From Planctomycetota bacterium (GTDB lineage: Bacteria; Planctomycetota; SZUA-567; H5-PLA8): a DNA stretch of 28,898 nucleotides. The stretch is taken from assembly GCA_045863855.1 (NCBI GenBank), contig BTVV01000078.1:1-28898 (forward strand), given 5' to 3'. Under the pieces are notes generated by a model. The model ran no database searches. It was given only the letters and a program-made list of their open reading frames with translations, and had not been told where the DNA came from. The translations under genes were made by a program, and so were the position numbers. This document shows, piece after piece, positions 1 through 7,537 of this stretch (its first letter is position 1; each line of letters begins with the position of its first letter).

Positions 1-591
1 GCCGGCCTCGCCGGCGACCGCACGGCGCCTTTCTCGCCCAAGGCGTACAGCGCCGCACGCAACCCGGCCACCGGAACGAACCCCCCCCCGCCGCCTCCGC
101 CGCCCCCGCCGCCGCCCCCGCCCCCCACCCCGCCCAAGGTGAAAGAGCCGCCCAAGTCGTTCGTCGGCAAGAGCGCGGACCTGGAAATCACCTATATGGG
201 CATCGTGATGATGGACGGTAAGTCCTATGCGCTGGTAAAGCCCAAGGACGGCAGCCCGCCCATCCGCGTCGCCGAAGGCGAAAAGCTCGACGAGTGGGAG
301 TACACGATCACGAAGATCGAGAAGCAGACGATCCATCTGGAAGACAAGGAAGGCCGGCCCTACGAACTGAAAGACGGCCGCTTCTCCGAGAGTGGCGGGG
401 GGACTTCTTCCGGCACCGCGCCCAAGGGTCCGGCCGGACCGGGTTTCGCGCCCCGGCCTGAACCCAAAGCCGAAGCCCCCAAACCCGAAGCGCCGAAAAT
501 CAAAAACAACGAAACCAAGAACGGCGGCCCGCGTCCCGGTCCCGCGCCGAACCGCGAAAAGCGGCGCGACGGTAAGACCGGCGAACACTGA
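1..591 (+). CDS. 5'-truncated Pro-rich protein with a C-terminal PilP/GspC(HR)-like beta domain (type II secretion / type IV pilus accessory-like)
   Basis: Frame 1 is open from base 1 to TGA at 589-591. It encodes 15 consecutive Pro (82-126), then ITYMGIVMMDGKSYALVK...IRVAEGEKL..YTITKIEKQTIHL, matching the PilP/GspC pattern 'L.Gi...g...Alv......v..Gd.i....v..I....v.l'. The tail is low complexity. Confidence 0.55.
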   Translation, partial: AGLAGDRTAPFSPKAYSAARNPATGTNPPPPPPPPPPPPPPPTPPKVKEPPKSFVGKSADLEITYMGIVMMDGKSYALVKPKDGSPPIRVAEGEKLDEWEYTITKIEKQTIHLEDKEGRPYELKDGRFSESGGGTSSGTAPKGPAGPGFAPRPEPKAEAPKPEAPKIKNNETKNGGPRPGPAPNREKRRDGKTGEH

Positions 592-614
592 TCGGCTCAA
601 CGTAGTTTCAAAAA

Positions 615-1544
615 ATGCGCGCGGACGGTATGACCAATCTTGTGCGCGTTTACCTCAAACTGATCCGGCTGCCTAACGTCTTCACGGCCTTGGCGGACAT
701 CGGCGCCGGGTTTCTGATCGCCCACACGTCCGCCAGCGGCGCCGTGCCTTGGGCCCGCCTGCCCGCTCTGCTGGGCGCGTCGGCGGGCCTGTACCTCGCC
801 GGGATGGCCTTTAACGACTTGGCCGACCGCGAGGAAGACGCGCGGTTTAGACCCGAGCGTCCGATCCCTTCGGGCGCGGTGAGCTTGCGCGGCGCGATGC
901 TGTGCGGCGCGGGCTTGATGCTCTTCGCATTCGTCTGCGCCGCGCTTTCCGGGCGCGATTCCCTCCTGCACGCGGCGCTCATCGCGGTGGCGGTCCTGCT
1001 CTACAATTTCGGCGCCAAGCATATCGCGGTGGCCGGGCCGGTGGTGCTGGGCGTCTGCCGCTACTTGAACGTGCAGCTCGGCATGAGCGGCGCCGACGGC
1101 TTCGCCGCGCACTGGTCCGATCCGGTCTTCTGGCGAGACCTGCACGCGCCGGCCCTCGCCGTGGGCGTCTACGCGGCGGGCTTGACGGCCTTCGGCGCTC
1201 AGGAAGAAACGGGTAAGCGCAACTTCGCGCTCGCGCTGGGCTGGATCTTCGTGGGCGGCGCATTGCTGCTGGCGGGGCTGACCGCGCCGCACGTTTGGAT
1301 TTGGCTGACCTTGGGACCGCTGGCGCTGCTGCTCGCCTGGCGCAGCGTCAAGCTGGCACGCACGGGTACGCCATTGGCGGCTCGACACTTGGTGGTCAAC
1401 GGCGTGATGGGCATCTGCGCGCTCGACGCCGGACTGGTGCTAGGTCAGCGTGGATCGGAAGCCTGGCCATGGGCGCTGGGACTTCTGGCGCTCCTGATTC
1501 CGGGGCGCATCATCTTCAAATGGCTGGCGCAGCGTGAAGCGTAA
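615..1544 (+). CDS. UbiA-family prenyltransferase, EboC-like
   Basis: Polytopic hydrophobic protein with N-terminal LIRLPNVFTALADI, the Asp-rich motif NDLADREED followed by RPERPIPSG, and later LGVCRYLNV and YAAGLT. An alternative start is ATG 630. Confidence 0.85.
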   Translation: MRADGMTNLVRVYLKLIRLPNVFTALADIGAGFLIAHTSASGAVPWARLPALLGASAGLYLAGMAFNDLADREEDARFRPERPIPSGAVSLRGAMLCGAGLMLFAFVCAALSGRDSLLHAALIAVAVLLYNFGAKHIAVAGPVVLGVCRYLNVQLGMSGADGFAAHWSDPVFWRDLHAPALAVGVYAAGLTAFGAQEETGKRNFALALGWIFVGGALLLAGLTAPHVWIWLTLGPLALLLAWRSVKLARTGTPLAARHLVVNGVMGICALDAGLVLGQRGSEAWPWALGLLALLIPGRIIFKWLAQREA

Positions 1545-1631
1545 GGCCGCCCGTTTTTCGATAGGCGCGCGCGCCGCTTGGAGTATCATCCGTGCGCTCC
1601 GATCGCTTCGACTTGGGTCAAAGGTTTCCAC

Positions 1632-2651
1632 GTGACCGACTTACTCGCCGCATCCCAACCTGAATCGTCCGAAACGCCGGCCGCCCCTAAGCGCAGCGCC
1701 GAATGGAGCGAGTTTCCCGGCCTCTTTGCCCGCGGCGTGAGCATGGGCATCGCCGAGGTGATTCCGGGTGTCTCAGGCGGCACGCTGGCGCTGATCACGG
1801 GCATTTACACGCGGCTGGTGGATGCGATCCGCTCGGCGGATCTCGCGGTTCTGCGTGCGCTGCTGAGCTTGAAATTCAAAGAAGGCTTGGCGCGCATCCA
1901 CTGGCGCTTTCTGTTCATGCTCTTTGCCGGACAACTGGGCGGTATCGTATTTTGCACACGCATTATCAAGCTGCCCGAGCTGATCAAGACCGATCCCGCT
2001 CCGGTGCTGGGCCTGTTCTTCGGCCTGGTGGTGGGGAGCATCTTTCTGCTGGCGCGAGACAGCGGCATGCCCGGCTTCAGGGGCCTCATCGCCTATCTGA
2101 TCGGCGGAGGCATCGGCTATCTGGTGGTTACCGGCGTGCCGGCGGAGACGCCAATGGCTTCGTGGTTTCTCTTTTTGTGCGGCATGCTGGCCATCAGCGC
2201 CTGGATTCTGCCCGGCATTTCGGGATCGTACACGCTCCTGCTGCTGAAGAAGTACGACACGATCTGGGGCGCGCTGGCGCACCCCAGCGTGGACGGAATC
2301 GTCCAGATTCTGCTGCCGTTCGGACTCGGCGCGGCCGTCGGCATCACGCTTTTCTCGCGCTTGCTCTCGTGGATTCTGCATCGCTACGAAAAGATCACGA
2401 CGATGGCCATGAACGGACTGCTCATCGCCAGCCTGTATGCGATTTTCCCTTTCCAGAATGCCGTCTACGAGATGCACGGATCGAAGGAGAAGCTGGTTAC
2501 GACGACGCCGCATTTTCCGTCGGAGGCGGAACTGCATTCGGTTTCGGGCATCCTGGCTTGCGTGCTTCCATTCGTCGGCCTCGCGGCCGTGCTGGTCATC
2601 GACAAGCTCGCGCGCCAGAAGCAGCCCCCCGCCCCGCAAGCGGCCGTTTGA
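1632..2651 (+). CDS. DUF368 family membrane protein (polyprenyl/undecaprenyl-phosphate translocase, PopT-like)
   Basis: Carries the two family signature repeats MGIAEVIPGVSGGTLALITGIY and AISAWILPGISGSYTLLLL and has multiple TM segments. I chose the GTG at 1632 as start; the ORF is open from 1578. Confidence 0.88.
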   Translation: MTDLLAASQPESSETPAAPKRSAEWSEFPGLFARGVSMGIAEVIPGVSGGTLALITGIYTRLVDAIRSADLAVLRALLSLKFKEGLARIHWRFLFMLFAGQLGGIVFCTRIIKLPELIKTDPAPVLGLFFGLVVGSIFLLARDSGMPGFRGLIAYLIGGGIGYLVVTGVPAETPMASWFLFLCGMLAISAWILPGISGSYTLLLLKKYDTIWGALAHPSVDGIVQILLPFGLGAAVGITLFSRLLSWILHRYEKITTMAMNGLLIASLYAIFPFQNAVYEMHGSKEKLVTTTPHFPSEAELHSVSGILACVLPFVGLAAVLVIDKLARQKQPPAPQAAV

Positions 2652-2676
2652 CAGCGTCCCCCGGCCTAGGCACAAT
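2648..2676 (+). promoter_or_regulatory. sigma70-type promoter, probably for a leaderless mRNA of the SDR gene
   Basis: TTGACA (2648-2653), 17 nt spacer, CACAAT (2671-2676). ATG follows at 2683 with no Shine-Dalgarno. Confidence 0.6.
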
Positions 2677-2682
2677 CCCGTC

Positions 2683-3669
2683 ATGCGTGTATTGATCACC
2701 GGCAGCGAAGGGTTCGCGGGTTCGCATCTGGCCGACCACTGCCTCGCACAGGGCGACGAAGTGTGGGGTACCTGCCGCCCCGGCGCCCGAGTCTCGAACC
2801 TCGCGCATATTCTCGATCAGATCACGCTGCGCGTCGGCGACTTGACCAAGCCCCAGTTCATCCGCGATGTGCTCGGAGAGGCGCGCTTCGACGCAATTTT
2901 CCACCTGGCTGGGATTTCGTTTGTCCCCGAGGCGGAATTGCAGCCCGGGCGCTGCTACGAAGTCAACCTGCTGGGCGGTCTGCACGTGCTGGAAGGCATC
3001 CGTACGATGCAACACCACGCGCGCGTCGTCGTCGCCAGCAGCGCCGACGTTTACGGGCAGGTTCCCGAAGACCGCATGCCGATCAAAGAGACCGAACCGT
3101 TCGCACCGGCCAACATCTTCGCCGCGGGCAAGGCCGCGCTGGAGTTGGCCGTGCGTCCGCTGGTCAGCACCTACGGCATGCAGATCGTGATCGTGCGCCC
3201 GTTCAACCACACGGGGCCGCGGCAGCGCACCGATTTCGTATGCAGCACCTTCGCGCAGCAAGTGGCGCTGTGCGAGGCCGGCAGGCAGGACAAGATTCTA
3301 GTGGGCGACCTAACCCCCAAGCGCGATTTCAGCGACGTGCGCGACATCATCCGCGGATACCGGCTCATGGCTCTGCACGGCCAGCCCGGCGACGCTTACA
3401 ACCTCGCCAGCGGACAGTCGGTGTCAGCCGAGCAGATCCTGCAGATCCTGATGAAGATGGCGCGCATCGAAGTCAAGGTCGAGAACGATCCGCAGCGCAT
3501 GCGCCGCACGCAGGTGATGGATCATCGCGGCAGCTACGAGAAAGTACACGCTTGCTGCGGCTGGAAGCCCGAAGTGCCGTTCGAGAAAACGCTGCGTGAC
3601 CTGCTGAACCACCACCGCGACCTGCTCGTGCGCCAGCAGCACAAGGCCGAACAGGCATCCGCGCGCTAA
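2683..3669 (+). CDS. Extended SDR NAD(P)-dependent nucleotide-sugar enzyme (GDP-mannose 4,6-dehydratase / GDP-4-keto-6-deoxymannose reductase Rmd-like)
   Basis: MRVLITGSEGFAGSHL Rossmann motif, FHLAGISFV, SSADVYG, RPFNHTGPRQ, GDLTPKRDFSDVRD. The YxxxK position reads FAAGK. Confidence 0.85.
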   Translation: MRVLITGSEGFAGSHLADHCLAQGDEVWGTCRPGARVSNLAHILDQITLRVGDLTKPQFIRDVLGEARFDAIFHLAGISFVPEAELQPGRCYEVNLLGGLHVLEGIRTMQHHARVVVASSADVYGQVPEDRMPIKETEPFAPANIFAAGKAALELAVRPLVSTYGMQIVIVRPFNHTGPRQRTDFVCSTFAQQVALCEAGRQDKILVGDLTPKRDFSDVRDIIRGYRLMALHGQPGDAYNLASGQSVSAEQILQILMKMARIEVKVENDPQRMRRTQVMDHRGSYEKVHACCGWKPEVPFEKTLRDLLNHHRDLLVRQQHKAEQASAR

Positions 3670-3688
3670 TTCAAGTTGGAACACCCAG

Positions 3689-4705
3689 CTATTTCGAGAG
3701 CGCTTTTTCCAGCACCGCCGGATCCTTCACGTACGGACAGCGGACCAAGTGCCCTTCGCCGCCCATGGACTCAAGCTCGGGCAGAGCTTGGGAGCATTCC
3801 GGCTGCGCGATCGGGCAGCGCGGCGCGAACGGACAGCCCGGCGGAGGATTGATCGGCGACGGCGGCTCTCCGCCCAGTACCTGCCGGTCGCGGACTTCAC
3901 CGGGCTTGCGCTTCGGTACGGCGCTCAGCAGCGCCCGCGTGTACGGATGGCGCGGATCGCCGTACAGTTCCTTCGTCGTCGCGTACTCGACGATGTGCCC
4001 CAAGTACATCACCGCCACGCGCGTGCTGATGTGCTCCACCACCGATAGGTCGTGCGCGATAAAGAGGTACGAGATTTCCCGTTCGGCCTGCAAATCGATC
4101 AGCAGGTTGACGATCTGCGCCTGAATCGAGACGTCCAGCGCGCTGACCGGTTCGTCGCAGACGATAAAGCTGGGCTCCACGGCCAGCGCCCGGGCGATCC
4201 CGATGCGCTGGCGCTGACCGCCGCTGAATTCGTGCGGGTAGCGTTCCACCGCCTGTTCGGGCAGACCTACGCGGTCGAGCAACTGCAGCACGCGTTGCCG
4301 GCGCTCCTTCGCCGATTCGCACATCCGGTGCACGTAAAGCCCCTCGCCGACGATCTGTTCGACCGTCATGCGCGGATTCAGGCTGCTGAACGGATCCTGG
4401 AAGATGATCTGCATTTCGCGGCGGTACGGGCGCATCTGATCGCTCGACAGGCTCGCGATATCGGTGCCTCTGAAACTGACTTGCCCCGCGCTGGGCTCGA
4501 TCAGGCGCAGCAGCGAACGGCCCACGGTAGTCTTCCCGCAGCCCGATTCGCCCACCAGCCCCAGCGTCTCGCCCACGCCGATCTCGAACGAAACGTCGTT
4601 CACGGCCTTCACGGTTCCAACCAGCTTCGAAAGCAGGCCGCGTTTGATCGGGAAATACTTGCGCAGCTTTTCGACCTTCAGCAGCGGCTCGGAGGGAGTG
4701 CTCAT
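3689..4705 (-). CDS. oppF: Oligopeptide/dipeptide ABC transporter ATP-binding subunit (OppF/DppF type)
   Basis: Walker A GESGCGKT, signature FSGGQRQR, Walker B IVCDEP, HPYT, and C-terminal Cys cluster CPFAPRCP..C...C. Confidence 0.93.
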   Translation of the reverse strand: MSTPSEPLLKVEKLRKYFPIKRGLLSKLVGTVKAVNDVSFEIGVGETLGLVGESGCGKTTVGRSLLRLIEPSAGQVSFRGTDIASLSSDQMRPYRREMQIIFQDPFSSLNPRMTVEQIVGEGLYVHRMCESAKERRQRVLQLLDRVGLPEQAVERYPHEFSGGQRQRIGIARALAVEPSFIVCDEPVSALDVSIQAQIVNLLIDLQAEREISYLFIAHDLSVVEHISTRVAVMYLGHIVEYATTKELYGDPRHPYTRALLSAVPKRKPGEVRDRQVLGGEPPSPINPPPGCPFAPRCPIAQPECSQALPELESMGGEGHLVRCPYVKDPAVLEKALSK

Positions 4706-5760
4706 GCGCCCGGACCTCCCTTCGCGCGTTCCGCGGCCTCGGCCCAGGCGTCAACGCCTTCGGCTTTGGTCTGCCAACAGGCGGCGCGGTGCGCCTGCCC
4801 GAAATCGTTCAGCGGCGGTTCTTGTCCGCAGCGCTCGACCGCCAAAGGGCAACGCGGGCGAAAGCGGCAATCGTCTTTAAAAGCCGTGGCCGCCGGCACG
4901 CGGCCGGGAATCACCGCCAACCGTTTGCGGCCGTGCTGGCTGCTCCCCGGTTCGGGCCGCGCGCGCATCAAACCTTGCGTATACGGATGCAGCGGGCGCG
5001 AGAAGACTTCTATCGTGCTCGCCGTCTCGACGATCTTCCCCGCGTACATCACGCAAGTGCGCTGCGCCATCTCCGCGACGACGCCCAAGTCGTGCGTGAT
5101 CAGCAACAGCGCGAGATTGCGCGAGGCCTGCAATTCCATAAGCAACTCGAGGATCTGGGCTTGGATCGTCACATCCAGCGCAGTCGTGGGTTCGTCGGCA
5201 ATCAGCAGCCGCGGATTGCAAATCAGAGCCATCGCGATGCAGACGCGCTGCTTCATGCCACCGCTGAGCTGGTGCGGATAGTCGCCCATGCGCCGCTCGG
5301 GATCGGGAATGCCGACCGACTTGAGCGATTCGACGGCGCGGTCGTAGGCTTCGCGAACCGGCGTGCCGGGATGGTGAATCGTGAACGCTTCGGCCACCTG
5401 ATCGCCGATCGTGAAAACCGGATTCAGCGCGCTTTGCGGCTCCTGAAAAATCATCGCGATCTCGTTGCCGCGAACCGAGCACATCTCCGTCTGGCTGAGC
5501 GGCACGAGGTCCGACCCGTCGAACAAAATCCGCCCGGTAGGCATCCGCGCCGGCGGCATCGGCAGGAGCTTCATGATGCTGAGGCTCGTCACCGATTTGC
5601 CGCAGCCGGATTCGCCCACCAGCGCCAGGCATTCGCCCGCCGCAATCTCGAACGAGATGCCGTCGACCGCGCGAGCGATCCCCGCGTCGGTATAAAAGTG
5701 CGTGCGCAGGTCGTCGACCCGCAGCAACGCTTCGCCGCCCGATTTCTTCGCCTCGCTCAT
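4702..5760 (-). CDS. oppD: Oligopeptide/dipeptide ABC transporter ATP-binding subunit (OppD/DppD type)
   Basis: Start MSEAKK at 5760. Motifs GESGCGKS, LSGGMKQR, LIADEPTTALDVTIQAQIL, HPYT and a Cys cluster. Overlaps the next ATPase gene by 4 nt. Confidence 0.93.
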   Translation of the reverse strand: MSEAKKSGGEALLRVDDLRTHFYTDAGIARAVDGISFEIAAGECLALVGESGCGKSVTSLSIMKLLPMPPARMPTGRILFDGSDLVPLSQTEMCSVRGNEIAMIFQEPQSALNPVFTIGDQVAEAFTIHHPGTPVREAYDRAVESLKSVGIPDPERRMGDYPHQLSGGMKQRVCIAMALICNPRLLIADEPTTALDVTIQAQILELLMELQASRNLALLLITHDLGVVAEMAQRTCVMYAGKIVETASTIEVFSRPLHPYTQGLMRARPEPGSSQHGRKRLAVIPGRVPAATAFKDDCRFRPRCPLAVERCGQEPPLNDFGQAHRAACWQTKAEGVDAWAEAAERAKGGPGA

Positions 5761-5777
5761 GCGCGCCTCGAAGCCCG

Positions 5778-7535
5778 TTACGTCCGCATCCGCGGGTCCA
5801 TCGCGTCCCGCAGTCCGTCGCCCGCCAAGTTGTACACCGTTACCGTCAGGAAGATCGAAAGCCCCGGAAACAGCAGCAGCCACCACGCCTGTTCGATGAA
5901 TTCCTTGCCTTGGCTGATCATCTCGCCCCACGTCGGCGTCGGCGGCGGCGCACCGAACCCGAGATAACTCAAGCTCGATTCGGTCAGCACCGCTCCCGCC
6001 ACACCGAATGCGGCGCTCACCAGCACCGGTCCCAGCGCGTTGGGCAGCAGGTGCCGGAACATCACGCGTCCCGCCGAACAACCCAACGCCCGCGCCGCGT
6101 GCACGAAATCCTGCTCGGCCAGCTTCAAGAATTCGCCGCGGATTAACCGCGCCACCCCGGTCCAGCCCGTCAGGCCGATAATCAGCATGACGTCGAAGAT
6201 GCTGCGCTTCTCGACCATCGCCAGGATCGTCAGAATCAAGAAGAACGTCGGAATGCATATCATCAGCTCGATCAGGCGCGAAATGGCGATATCGACCCAG
6301 CCGCGGAAATACCCCGCCATTCCGCCGATGAGAATCCCCAGCAGCACCGAAATGGCCACCGAGACGAAGCCGACCGAAATGGAAATGCGTGCGCCGTGCA
6401 GCATCCGCGCGAGCACGTCACGCCCTTCGCGGTCGGTGCCCAATCGATGGCGGTAGGTCACCAGGCCATCCAGCGACGAACGTACGGCGGTCAGTTGCAG
6501 ATCCCACGATTTGACCGGCTCCTCGCCCGGCGCAGCAGCGGGCTTCACGCGCTCCTGCAGCCGCCCGATGAGCCATGCGTCCGTACCGGCCAGCGCCTTC
6601 GCAGCCGACTGCAGCGGCTCGTCGCCCGCGACGACCACGCCGGGCGCTCCAGATAGCCGCACCGAATCCCCGTCCACGCCCTCGACCTTGGCCTCGAACG
6701 CCACCAGGTTCACGCCGGGCGAGACGCGGTCTTTAAGCACGTGCGCCGTGGCTACGAAATAATCATCGCCTTCCACGCGCACGTACTTCGCTGGCGGATG
6801 CAGGATCTTGCGCGTCGGCGATAACGGATCGTGCGCGACAAGCGCCGTCCAGGCCGTCACGGATTTGCCCGATTGCGTCAGGAACTCGTAATCCCCCAGG
6901 TAATCCCGCTTATCGAGCCGCCAGGGCCGCCAGAGCCGAAACTCGCGGAAAATCGTCAGCTCTTTCTTCTGCCGCTCGTAGGCTTCGGTTTCCAGATTTC
7001 CGTCGGCATACTCCTTCTCGATCCGTGCGAGCCGCTCCGCGAGGACCGGATCTTCGCGCTCCGACGCCGAAGCAGCGCGGTCGTACATGCCCGGAGCCAT
7101 AAACGGTACGAAAGAAAGCAGCAACGCCGCGCCAAGCGCTCCCAGCAGGCGTCGTCGCACCCGCTTCGGCGCCACCGCGCCGGCGCGCGAGAACCACCAG
7201 ACCGGAACGCAAAGCAGCGGAACCGCCAGCGTGACGAAGAAGAAGTAATTGAAAAGATAGTCGACGCTGACCTCGTCGGTCGGCGCGGCCAGCCACGTAA
7301 GCAGCGGCCAGCTCGCGACCGGTTCCCCGCCCGGTCCGGGTTCGGACCAGTAAATCGGCCGGCCGTTTGCCAGCACCGGAGCCCACGCCGCGACGCCAAA
7401 AAGCAGCAGAATTACGGTCGCGCTGAGCATGGCCAGCCGGTTTTTGCGGAACTGGCCCCAGATCAAATCCCAATAGCTTGCGCCACCCGATTCGGGGGCG
7501 GCGGCGCCATCTTGAGGGGCGGCGGCTTCGGCCAC
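5778..7535 (-). CDS. oppC: Peptide ABC transporter permease (OppC type), enlarged to 585 aa by insertions
   Basis: OppC N-terminus WGQFRKNRLA, HRLGTDREGRDVLARMLHGARISI, EAA loop DFVHAARALG, and ESSLSYLGFG...WGEMI...NLAGDGLRDAMDPR. Confidence 0.9.
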   Translation of the reverse strand: MAEAAAPQDGAAAPESGGASYWDLIWGQFRKNRLAMLSATVILLLFGVAAWAPVLANGRPIYWSEPGPGGEPVASWPLLTWLAAPTDEVSVDYLFNYFFFVTLAVPLLCVPVWWFSRAGAVAPKRVRRRLLGALGAALLLSFVPFMAPGMYDRAASASEREDPVLAERLARIEKEYADGNLETEAYERQKKELTIFREFRLWRPWRLDKRDYLGDYEFLTQSGKSVTAWTALVAHDPLSPTRKILHPPAKYVRVEGDDYFVATAHVLKDRVSPGVNLVAFEAKVEGVDGDSVRLSGAPGVVVAGDEPLQSAAKALAGTDAWLIGRLQERVKPAAAPGEEPVKSWDLQLTAVRSSLDGLVTYRHRLGTDREGRDVLARMLHGARISISVGFVSVAISVLLGILIGGMAGYFRGWVDIAISRLIELMICIPTFFLILTILAMVEKRSIFDVMLIIGLTGWTGVARLIRGEFLKLAEQDFVHAARALGCSAGRVMFRHLLPNALGPVLVSAAFGVAGAVLTESSLSYLGFGAPPPTPTWGEMISQGKEFIEQAWWLLLFPGLSIFLTVTVYNLAGDGLRDAMDPRMRT

Positions 7536-7537
7536 GG

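Noticed and set aside
5761..6258. N-terminal extension of the OppD ORF in the ORF track; likewise the extensions at 2437-2682, 20169-20471, 21870-22040 and 26237-26425
   Set aside because: Most overlap neighbouring real genes in other frames, and family homology begins at the downstream ATG in each case.
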